A stretch of 64,000 bases of DNA from Octopus sinensis (taxonomy: Eukaryota). The DNA lies in NCBI RefSeq assembly GCF_006345805.1, contig NC_043020.1, positions 11,718,001 to 11,782,000 on the forward strand, in the 5' to 3' direction. The notes under the pieces are model-generated. The model was not told the DNA's origin and did not search any database. It saw only the letters and a program-made list of their open reading frames with translations. The position numbers and the translations under genes are program-made. Positions 25,343 to 36,966 of this stretch are shown in pieces; position 1 is the first letter of the stretch; each line of letters opens with the position of its first letter.

Positions 25343-25815
25343 GTCAGCTGTCAGTCAGCCAAATTTAAGCATTTTATCACAACCCGGTATATGTACATTC
25401 ATGTATGATTTCAAGTATGTGGGTGTGTATGTTGTGTGTATAATCAAAGCACTGTTGACTGTGTATATTTATCTGTGCCTGTGCACGTGAAGACTTCTAT
25501 ATTATAATAAAGAAAGCTGCTTTATATGTAAATCATATATATGTTGCTATATTTCGGAGTCCTTTGTTAGCTGATATTTTTAATGGTCGGCGAGCTGGCA
25601 GAAACGTTAGCACGCCGGGCAAAATCTTTAGCAGTATTTCGTCTGTCTTTACGTTCTGAGTTCAAACTCCGCCGAGGTCGACTTTGCCTTTCATCCTTTC
25701 GGGGTCGATAAATTAAGTACCAGTTGTGCACAGAGGTCGATCTAATCGACTGGCGCCCTACCCCAAAATTTCGGACCTTGTGCCTAGAGTAGAAAAGGAT
25801 ATTTTTAATCTAATG

Positions 25816-26216
25816 GGCGTAACCTCGATATAAGTACCGGAAGTACTGGATACATTTCAAGAAAGTGTTTTTTTTTTATATATGGGGGGTTTGGGTTAGG
25901 GGCGATCCTTCGGTAAAGGTACACTACGCAGTCTGTGGATCGGCGCCAAATCGGGAAAAAAACCAAGCTTAGGGCGATCCTTCGGTATAGGTACTCACGT
26001 GACTTTGTTTACATTTCTGAAGATAACAGAAACCCTTTTCTCCTACCCCTAACACAAACCCTAACCTGGCGATTCTTCGGTATAGGTACCGTAAGTGGCT
26101 TTGTTTACATTTCCGAAGATAACAGAAACCCTTTTCTCCCGCCCCTAACCCAAACCTCCCATATATATGAAAAAAAAACACTTTCTTCAAATGTATCCGG
26201 ATACCGAAGTTACGCC
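25816..26216. mobile_element. MITE-like element with GGCGTAAC...GTTACGCC ends and internal inverted repeats
   Basis: Imperfect long TIRs; partial copy at 23237-23350; no clear TSD. Confidence 0.6.
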
Positions 26217-26237
26217 TAAAATTTTATTCTTTTCACA

Positions 26238-26930
26238 CACACGCACGCACACGCGCACACACACACACACACAACACACACACACACACCACAACACACA
26301 CACACACATAACACACAAACAACACACACACACACAACACACACACACACACACACAACACACACACACACATAACACACAAACAACACACACACACACA
26401 ACACACACACACAACATACACACACAACACACACACACAACACACACACATGCACAACACACACACACAACACACAACACAACACACACACAACACACAC
26501 ACACACAACACACACACACACACAACACACACACAACACACACACACACAACACACACACACACACACAACACACACACACACATAACACACAAACAACA
26601 CACACACACACAACCACACACACACACACAACACACACACACACATAACACACAAACAACACACACACACACAACACACACACACAACATACACACACAA
26701 CACACACACACAACACACACACACCACACACACACACACAAACAACACAACACACACAACACACGCACACACAACACACCACACAACACAACACACACAC
26801 ACACAACACACACACACACAACACACACACACACATAACACACACACACAACACATACACACAACACACACACACACACACACAACACACACACAAACAC
26901 AACACACACACAACACACACATACACACAC
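26238..26930. repeat. Compound (CA)n / CACAA microsatellite of about 700 bp
   Basis: Low-complexity C/A tract; explains the long HT- and VC-rich ORFs in the track. Confidence 0.95.
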
Positions 26931-27990
26931 AAGGAATGTTGTTACTATGAACGACAAAACGTCGAGAGAGTTTTTAATGTTTTCGCTCATGGTGTAGTTG
27001 TAACAGACAAAGTGTTGTTAGTTGTTCCTCCGACTATTCATTGCCCTTGAGTTGTCAGCTGCTGTCAATCATTTCTGTTGGCCAACTCTTGCAGTATCTG
27101 TCAATGCTCTCTCAGCTGCAACCCAAGACTCTTTGTCTATTATTATAATAATACTAGCAGCATAGCCCGGCATTGCCCGGGTATGTAAGAGCCCCTGGAG
27201 CAGACATGATGCTCGCTGTGAATTTTTAAAAAATTCCTGCCAATTTGTGAAAGATATTGTCGAAAATATGTCATCTTGAATTTGAACGCGATTTCCAAAA
27301 ATGGCATGATTTTATCGATTTTTTCTGATGGTAAGGTATTGCATGGAAAACTAACGTCAGAATTAAGTTTCTTAGGGTAACATTGAGCTTCACCATGAGT
27401 TTGGTGAAAATCGATTGCAAGTTGCGAAAACTACAACAGAAAATGTGTTGCAAATAAAAAGCTTAGATTCTCGACCCCATGTCGAATTTATTAATCTTTT
27501 TCAGAACTGTGTTGAAGGACTAGTTACCTGGAGGGTCTCCGTCACTAAGAAGAGAAGGTAGGTGCCTTTATATTCAAATCGCGCACACACTACAGTTTTA
27601 CAAGCCAACGAGGATCTCTAGAAATTTTGTCACTGGAAATAACAGGGAAATCTCCCTCAAATCACACTATGCATTTGGAAATGACACACTGGATCATATA
27701 GTGCCAAGCGTATTGTGCCCTGGTGGTCAAAAGCGGGGTGGTAGGACAACTTGTTTATGACTACTGAGGGATTAAACAGTAACAAAAACATTTCTGTTTG
27801 ACAAAGTTGAAATGTTTTAATCTATTAAAAGCTATGTTGTATTCTCAGGAATTAATTGCGTCATATTTGGCATAAACAAAATACAGTCTGTGGGGATAAT
27901 GAGAAATGATGTGACTTAGTAATGAATTATATAATTAAAAGCAGAATACGACCTTTAGAAGGAATTTTTTTTTAAATGGTTTATAAATAA

Positions 27991-28388
27991 CTAGCAGTAT
28001 CGCCCGGCGTTGCTCGGGTTTGTAAGGGAAATAACTATATAAGCATTTTTTGAGAGTTATAGCCAAAAAATAGCAAAAAAATGCATTAAAAATAGAAAAA
28101 AATGGTGGTAAATTTTTTTTAAATCGTTGACTCATCGTAGACATTTTTAGAGAGTTACTTCCCTTATATAATAGCGAAAAATGCATTAAAATGGAAAAAA
28201 AATGATGGTAAATTTTTTAAAAATCGTAGACTCATCGTAGACGCGCGCTAATACCCAGAAGGGCTCGATATGAATCACGACTATAAGATACCCGGTTTTG
28301 GTTAAACTGCACCGCAAAATGTGGGAGTAGTTAGGAATCTAAATCGTAGGAGACAGACAGCACACAACCTCTCTTTTATATATAAAGA
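27991..28388 (-). mobile_element. Non-autonomous Helitron-like element, family H3
   Basis: A|TCTTTATATATAAA start, CCCGAGCAACGCCGGG hairpin, CTAG|T end. Confidence 0.8.
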
Positions 28389-29108
28389 TTAAATGTTTGA
28401 AAGAATGCGGTATTATATTTTTCTATTGTTCTTGGAGTCAAAAACCAAAAGGCAAAAACTATTTTGTGATTCATGAAATATTATTTGTGTCAATTCTTGC
28501 AGAGCAAATGTGTGCACCGAGGTCAATTTAGCATTTCATTCTTTCGGGAACAATTAAAAAAAAAAGTTTCAAATTTTGGTACAAGGCAAGAAGTTTTAAG
28601 GGGAAGGACAAGTTGATCCTATGGATTTTATGACTAGTACATATTGAACCCAGAACGTTAAGATCAAGGAAAATACTGCCAAGCCGTTTTGTCTGACAAA
28701 CCAACGAATCTGCGAGTTTGCCGCCTTAATCCTCTCTCGTATAGGCACAAGACCTGAAACTATGAGAGAAGGGGCTAGTCGTATTACATTGACCCCCAGT
28801 ACCCTATCGCTGCTCATTTCATCGACTCTGAAAGGATGAAAGGCATGTTTGATCTCAGCGGAATTTGAACTCAGAAGGTATAGCCGGAAGAAATGGTTCT
28901 CGGCATTTTGTTCGACGCGCCAACGATTCTACCTGCTCAATACCCATCCGAGGTGGACTACCGGAGTGTCAGATGAGGAGTCTGGTTGTGTCAGAAGAGG
29001 TTCTTTGAGTTCTGATGGCAACAACGTCTGAAAGTGAATCAGTGTTAAGGTATTACGTCATCTTTGCGGGGAAAGCCTTGGAACTAAAGTTCGTGACGCG
29101 GAGTGAGG

Positions 29109-29161
<53 letters not shown>

Positions 29162-29218
29162 GCATACACAAAAAAACATTTACTAAGCCTGTCCATATAA
29201 AGTAATAAAGGCAAATTC

Positions 29219-29641
29219 GGATCTTTTCGGTTTGAACGGCAGATTTTTCTGGCGGTGTCATGTGAAATTGTCACCCACAATTATGACCCTAGTATCGATC
29301 TATTGCATTTCAATCTGTTTTAGGGTTAGGGTTAGGGTGGGGGAAAGGGTATCTTTTTTTTTCTTCACAAATGTAAGTAAAGCCAATCTGTTTTTTAAAC
29401 GAGGGACATATTCATACGGCACAGAATGTTTTTTTTACCTCAAAAGACATCATTGATTGGTTGAAATTGCAGAAATTGAAGAAAAAAACAACAACAAATA
29501 TCTTACAAACCATAGAATTTTCTCAATAAAGCCAAGAGAAAAAGATGTTTTATAAACACATTGTACCAGTATACGAAGTTTAAAAGTGTTTAGTTACGTG
29601 GAAATTATTTTAAAAATCTGCCGTTCAAACCAAAAAGATCC
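29219..29641. mobile_element. MITE with GGATCTTTTCGGTTTGAACGGCAG TIRs and internal TTAGGG repeats
   Basis: About 24-bp TIRs, 7/8-matching 8-bp TSD; second copy 31122-31565; fragment at about 18400-18530. Confidence 0.82.
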
Positions 29642-29734
29642 GCAATTTCATAATATATATACAATGACTGCTGTATATGAGTGTGTCAGCGTGTGTGTGT
29701 GTATGTATGTGTGTGTGTGCCAGTTATATACCCA

Positions 29735-29745
29735 GACAGACAGAC

Positions 29746-29821
<76 letters not shown>

Positions 29822-29830
29822 GGATAGATG

Positions 29831-29905
<75 letters not shown>
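29735..29905. repeat. (GATA)n microsatellite
   Basis: About 40 GATA/GACA units. Confidence 0.95.
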
Positions 29906-29907
<2 letters not shown>

Positions 29908-30435
29908 ATTAATCAAAATGTATGTATTTTATGGATTGAAAGAATGCCGGCGTATGACATTTATGTACGTATGTAATTTACTTTCACTATCAGCTGAGCA
30001 GCTCAGTTCGATGTAGCCGAAACCAATGATTGCCTTTCTATGTACGTACATACGTTTCTGTAAATATGTATATACGTATTTATAGGAAAGATGAAGATAT
30101 GGTCGAGTTATGGGTGCGTGAGAAGCCTTTAAAATAAGTTGTGGTTGATATTGACAATGGGAAATATAATGAAACTAAATGATTGTTCTGCAGGAAACCT
30201 ATCCCCAACGGTGTTATCAGAATATACGCATGATATATAAAAAAGAAATCCAAAAACGAAATCTAAAAAACAAAGTGACGATTAAAACAATAATACTATT
30301 AATAATAACGGTTTCCTTATAATTACAGTATGTTGGTGAAGAAAGAAATGTAAATGTGAAGAAACTAGGATGAATGAATTGCCTCGACTCAAATGACTAT
30401 AAATATTTATATTTCCGATAATATCTTCACCCTTC

Positions 30436-30507
30436 GACAGAGTGGCGCAGTGGAAGCGTGCTGGGTTCGTATCCCAGAGGTCCGTAGATCGAAACTACGC
30501 TCTGTTA
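30436..30507 (+). tRNA. Initiator-tRNA-derived tRNA with CGT (Thr-type) anticodon
   Basis: 65/72 identical to the iMet at 25271-25342; intact cloverleaf, A and B boxes, downstream TTTT/TTTTT; anticodon loop TTCGTAT. Charging identity and expression unknown. Confidence 0.8.
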
Positions 30508-31121
30508 AGGTTTTGGTTTTTAATCTGAGGATTCGTGCTTTGTTAAACTTAACATCTTCTTACGGATTCGCATCTCATTTACTCTTTACTCTCTTTTACT
30601 TGTTTCAGTCATTTGACTGCGGCCATGCTGGAGCACCGTCTTTAGTCGAGCAAAACGACCCCGGGACTTATTCTTTGTAAGCCCAGTACTTATTCTATTG
30701 GTCTCTTTTTTGCCGAACCGCTAAGTGACGGGGACGTAAACACACCAGCATCGGTTGTCAAGCAATGCTAGGGGGACAAACACAGACACACAAACACACA
30801 CATACATACACACATATATATACATATATACGACAGGCTTCTTTCAGTTTCCGTCTACCAAATCCACTCACAAGGCTTTGGTCGGCCCGAGGCTATAGTA
30901 GAAGACACTTGCCCAAGGTGCCACGCAGTGGGACAGTTTCACTTGTCATATTGACAATTAGGTTGGAAACTTTTCTCGTTTCTCATTATTTTCTCTCTAC
31001 TTATTCGAAACCATTACATTGCAGGAATGGCATCTTCATTTTGTGCCGTTGCATTATCTCTGCGAGTAAACATTGACAACCAAAGTTATTTTTGAAGACG
31101 ATAGAGTTTGAAACAATCAGG

Positions 31122-31565
31122 GCATCTTTTCGGTTTGAACGACAGTTTTTTTCTAGCGGTGTCATATGAAATTGTCACCCATAATTATGACCCTAGTATC
31201 GATCTATTGCATTTCAATCTGTTTTAGGGTTAGAGTTAGTTAGGGTTAGGGTTAGGGTTTGGGGTGGGGGGAAGGGTATCTTTTTTTCTTCACAAATGTA
31301 AATAAACCCAATCTGTTTCTTAAACGAGGGACATATTCATACGGCACAGAATGTTTTTTTTACCTCAATAGACGTCAGTAATTAGTTGAAATTGCAGAAA
31401 TTGAAGAAAAAAGCAACAACAAATATCTTACAAACCATAGAATTTTCTCAATAAAGCCAAGAGAAAAAGATGTTTTATAAACACATTCTACCAGTATATG
31501 AAGTTAAAAATGTTTTAGTTACCTAGAAATTATGTTAAAAACTGCCGTTCAAACCGAAAAGATCC
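31122..31565. mobile_element. Second copy of the GGATC-TIR MITE
   Basis: Same TIRs and body; TSD CAATCAGG/CAATCAGA. Confidence 0.82.
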
Positions 31566-33101
31566 CAATCAGATGACAGGTGCTTTTTTTTTCTAGAAAT
31601 TTTTCCTCAACTCTCACCCAATTGTAATTAAGGTTGCTAATAAAATATCTGGATAATTTTTGGTGTTTAGCAATCAATATTTCTTCTCCGTTGTTGAATT
31701 CCAAGTCAATTTTCTCCCACAATAATATTTAATTTGATAGTTTTCAATTTTCAAAAAAAAAAAAAGCATAATTCGGGGCAAAATGGGTAATGAATAATTT
31801 CAATAATTTCTTCTCTTTTAACAGCATGGCATGCAAATATATCAGGAAGAGAGACACTCCCACAGATCGTGTTGCTACACAGGATATTTTATGTTGGGTT
31901 TGTAGATTTAACCAAGTTTTGTTAATTTCATATCACGAGCAGGAGTGGCTGTGTGGTAAGTAGCTTGCTAACCAGCCACATGGTTCCGGGTTCAGTCCCA
32001 CTGCGCGGCATCTTGGGCAAGTGTCTTCTGCTATAGCCCCGGGCCGACCAATGCCTTGTGAGTGGATTTGGTAGACGGAAACTGAAAGAAGCCCGTCGTA
32101 TATATGTATATATATATATATGTGTGTGTGTATGTTTGTGTGTCTGTGTTTGTCCCCCTAGCATTGCTTGACAACCGATGCTGGTGTGTTTACGTCCCCG
32201 TCACTTAGCGGTTCGGCAAAAGAGAGACCGATAGAATAAGTACTGGGCTTACAAAGAATAAGTCCCGGGGTCGATTTGCTCGACTAAAGGCGGTGCTCCA
32301 GCATGGCCGCAGTCAAATGACTGAAACAAGGAAAGAGAGCCCTCCTCCAAGATCCTCTTTCATTTGACCTAGATATCTTAAACTTTTGTTGCTTTTCTCA
32401 TCTCTCTGAATACTAAGGATAGATATTGTTTTGTATCAGTCTTTTTTCAAATGTAATTCTGGAGAGCTGAAGAGGCAAATTTACTTTATATTGCTTGTCT
32501 TACTCATTTTACCCCAGGTAAATTTTTTTTTTGTGGATGGAAGCACTCCGTCGGTTCCGACGACGAGGGTTCCGGTTGATCCGATCAACGGAACAGCCTG
32601 CTCGTGAAATTAACGTGTAAGTGGCTGAGCACTCTACAGACACGTGTACCCTTAACGTAGTTCTCGGGGATATTCAGCGTGACACAGAGAGTGACAAGGC
32701 CGGCCCTTTGAAATACAGGTACAACAGAAACAGGAAGAGAGAGTGTACCCTTAACGTAGTTCTCGGGGATATTCAGCGTGACACAGAGAGTGACAAGGCC
32801 GGCCCTTTGAAATACAGGTACAACAGTAAAAGGAAGAAAGAGTGAGAGAAAGTTGTGGTGAAAGAGTACAGCAGGGATCACCACCACCCCCTGCCGGAGC
32901 CTCGTGGAGCTTTAGGTATCTTCGCTCAATAAACACTCTCAATGCCCGATCTGGGAATCAAAACCGCGATCCTACGACCGCGAGTCCGCTGCCCTAACCA
33001 CTGGGCCTTTTTTTTTTGTATGCACAATGAGAATGGCTATAATTTTCTGAAACAGTGATCACATCATTTTATAGTGTTTTAAATGTGTTTAGAGACGATA
33101 A

Positions 33102-33517
33102 GGTGATCTTTCGTCTCTAGTAGACCTTTCCGTCGATTTCCGTAAAAATTTTTTTTTTTTTACTTCTGGGCTTGCGGGAACTTTTGAAGTAATATACATA
33201 CATATACACATACACCTAGTAAAAAATTTCAGTTATCTTTCTTTCACACATTACTGTCTCTTCACACACACTAACAGAAGCACTTCACTTACACAACATA
33301 CTGTCTCCCACACCCCATCAAACACACACACACACACACATGTACATCAATGCTTCCCATGCACGGTAACTTCAAAAGAACTTCCCTCGTCATACAATCG
33401 CTTTCTCTTAGTCTCTTTCGCTCTCATTACTTCAAAAGTTGCCGCAAGCCTATATGTAAAAAAAAAAAATTTTTTACGGAAATCAACAGAAAGGTCTACT
33501 AGAGACGAAAGATTGCC
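33102..33517. mobile_element. Second copy of the Merlin-like MITE
   Basis: Same TIRs and body; perfect 8-bp TSD GACGATAA. Confidence 0.85.
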
Positions 33518-33857
33518 GACGATAATTTATTTAGCTGAAATAGTTTTTGTAAAGTAGAGAATATTCTCAGTCAAACATGCATTAAATAATACTCATTTGC
33601 TCCAACCCTGATAATAATTTTTTGCAGCTATTTATAAATACTCTCTTTACTCTTTTACTTGTTTCAGTCATTTGACTGCGGCCATGCTGGAGCACCGCCT
33701 TTAGTCGAGCAAATCGACCCCGGGACTTATTCTTTGTAAGCCCAGTACTTATTCTATCGGTCTCTTTTTGCCGAACCGCTAAGTGACGGGGACGTAAACA
33801 CACCAGCATTGGTTGTCAAGCGATGGTGGGGGGACAAACACAGACACACAAACATAT

Positions 33858-33920
<63 letters not shown>

Positions 33921-33948
33921 ATATATATATAATATATATATACACATA

Positions 33949-34117
33949 CCAATTAAGGACTGAACACGAAAAGTGGACAGTCAACATGCTAGATATAGAC
34001 GTCAAATCGCCATTCTCCACAAAAGACTTGAGAACATAATCTTTTGTGGAGAATGGCGATTTGACGTCTATATCTGGCATGTTGACTGTCCACTTTTCGT
34101 GTTCAGTCCTTAATTGG
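33949..34117. mobile_element. TA-flanked foldback MITE (77-bp arms, 15-nt spacer)
   Basis: Arms 33949-34025 and 34041-34117 are 76/77 complementary. Confidence 0.8.
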
Positions 34118-34218
34118 TATATAAATATTTTAATCTTCGGATTCTTTTTTAATATGCTAGACCACTGGTTTTAATTGATAAATATCAATTTCTACCCTTA
34201 ATTAATTTTATATATATA

Positions 34219-34716
34219 CACATATATACGACAGGCTTCTTTCAGTTTCCGCCTACCAAATCCACTCACAAGGCATTGGTTGGCCCGGGGCTATAGCAGA
34301 AGGCACTTGCCCAAGATGCCACGCAGTGGGACTGAACCCGGAACCATGTGGTTGGTTAGCAAGCTACTTACCACACAGCCACACATATATACGACAGGCT
34401 TCTTTCAGTTTCCGTCTACCAAATCCACTCACAAGGCATTGGTCGGCCCGGGGCTATAGCAGAAGGCACTTGCCCAAGATGCCACGCAGTGGGACTGAAC
34501 CCGGAACCATGTGGTTGGTTAGCAAGCTACTTACCACACAGCCACACATATATACGACAGGCTTCTTTCAGTTTCCGTCTACCAAATCCACTCACAAGGC
34601 ATTGGTCGGCCCGGGGCTATAGCAGAAGGCACTTGCCCAAGATGCCACGCAGTGGGACTGAACCCGGAACCATGTGGTTGGTAAGCAAGCTACTTACCAC
34701 ACAGCCACTCCTGTGC
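34219..34716 (-). repeat. Three tandem 163-bp copies of the SINE B 5' half
   Basis: Units start at 34219, 34382 and 34545; nearly identical. Confidence 0.92.
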
Positions 34717-34913
34717 CACACCTGTTTATACATGGTTGTTATATTCTATTTTTGGTGCATGTGATGCCTCTATTATAAAGATAACAAACCTATTGAAACT
34801 GCCTGTTACATGTATTTCAGTGACTGTCTTGTTTTATCAATCATAAAAGACTTGGCTGTTAACTTTTCACTTATGACATTCTTTTGTCTGAGATAATAAT
34901 GGTTTTTAATCTA

Positions 34914-36966
34914 GTGGAAGCACTCCGTCGGTTACGACGATGAGGGTTCCGGTTGATCCGAATCAACGGAACAGCCTGCTCGTGAAATTAACGTGTAAGT
35001 GGCTGAGCTCTCCACAGACACATGTACCCTTAACGTAGTTCTCGGGGATATTCAGCGTGACACAGAGAGTGACAAGGCCGGCCCTTTGAAATACAGGTAC
35101 AACAGAAACAGGAAGTAAGAGTGAGAGAAAGTTGTGGTGAAAGAGTACAGCAGGGGTCACCACCATCCCCTGCCACAGCCTCGTGGAGCTTTAGGTGTTT
35201 TCGCTCAATAAACACTCACAACGCCCGGTCTGGGAATCGAAACCGCGATCCTATGACCGTGAGTCCGCTGCCCTAACCACTGGGCCATTGCGCCTCCACA
35301 ATGGTTTTTAATATAGATACAAAGACAAACAAATTAAAGGCAGAGGGGAGGAGTGTTTTTAGGACACAGTGATCTACCATTAAAAAATGATGCTATTTTT
35401 TAATATACTGTGGAGGCTCATGGCTTAGTGGTTAGGGTGTCAGCATCATAATCGTAAGATTGTGGTTTCAGTTCCTGGACCGGGTGACGCGTTGTGTTCT
35501 TGAGCAAAACACATCATTCCATGTTGCTCCAGTCCACTCAGCTTGCAAAAATGAGTAATGCTGCGATGGACTGGTGTCCTGTCCATCTGGGGAACATGTA
35601 CGCCATAGAAACCGGGAAACCGGGCCCATGAACCTGGCTAGGCTTTAAAAGGGTGCAGCCTCTTCTAGCCCCCGTGGCACGTAAAAAGCACCATCCGATC
35701 GTGGCTGTTTGCCAGCCTTGTCTGGCACTTGTGCAGGTGGCACGTAAAAAGCACCCACTACACTCACGGAGTGGTTGGCGTTAGGAAGGGCATCCAGCTA
35801 TAGAAACACTGCCAGATCAAGACTGGAGCCTGGTGCAGCCTCCTGGCTTCCCAGACCCTAAGTTGAATCATCCAACCCATGCCAGCATGGAAAATGGACG
35901 TTAAACGATGATGATGATGATCTGTGCAGACATTTAAGCTAGTTCTTGCAGAGGGCTATTTGGGGTTGCAGCTCAAAACTAGAGAGAGCTAAATAGCATG
36001 ACTATAATGTGGAAGCACTCCGTCGGTTACGACGATGAGGGTTCCAGTTGATCCGAATCAACGGAACAGCCTGCTTGTGAAATTAACGTGTAAGTGGCTG
36101 AGCACTCCACAGACACGTGTACCCTTAACGTAGTTCTCGGGGATATTCAGCGTGACACAGAGAGTGACAAGGCCGGCCCTTTGAAATACAGGTACAACAG
36201 AAACAGGAAGTAAGAGTGAGAGAAAGTTGTGGTGAAAGAGTACAGCAGGGATCACCACCATCCCCTGCCACAGCCTCGTGGAGCTTTAGGTGTTTTCGCT
36301 CAATAAACACTCATAACGCCCGGTCTGGGAATCGAAACCGCGATCCTATGACCGTGAGTCCGCTGCCCTAACCACTGGGCCATTGCGCCTCCACAATGGT
36401 TTTTAATATAGATACAAAGACAAACAAATTAAAGGAAGAGGGGAGGAGTGTTTTTAGGACACAGTGATCTACCATAAAAAAATGATGTTATTTTTAAATA
36501 TACTGTGGAGGCTCATGGCTTAGTGGTTAGGGTGTCAGCATCATGATCGTAAGATTGTGGTTTCAATTCCTGGACCGGGCAACGCGTTGTGTTCTTGAGC
36601 AAAACACTTCATTTCACATTGCGCCAGTCCACTCAGCTTGCAAAAATGAGTAACACTGCGATGGACTGGTGTCCTGTCCATCTGGGGAACACGTACGCCA
36701 TAGAAACCAGGAAACCGGGCCCATGAACCTGGCTAGGCTTTAAAAGGGTGCAGCCTCGTCTGGCCCCCGTGGCACGTAAAAAGCACCATCCGATCGTGGC
36801 TGTTTGCCAGCCTCGTCTGGCACCTGTGCAGGTGGCACGTAAAAAGCACCCACTATTAAACGATGATGATCATGATGATCTGTGCAGACATTTAAGCTAG
36901 TTCTTGCAGAGGGCTATTTGGGGTTGCAGCTCAAAACTAGAGAGAGCTAAATAGCATGACTATATT
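34914..36966. repeat. Tandem duplication, two units of about 1 kb (1095 and 958 bp)
   Basis: Unit = SINE A + spacer + SINE D relative + RTE 3' fragment + spacer; a third SINE A follows at 36967. Confidence 0.9.

Noticed and set aside
26018-26035. CTGAAGA...GAAAC inside a MITE; also CTGAGGA at 13688 and CTGACGA at 37568
   Set aside because: Required stems or the GAAA element are missing.
26167-26990. Long ORFs of 223-267 aa
   Set aside because: They are translations of a CA microsatellite; the same applies to the IY-rich ORFs at 46.5 and 52.6 kb.
31226-31260. Interstitial telomere or fusion site
   Set aside because: The few TTAGGG units are internal to a MITE present in two copies.
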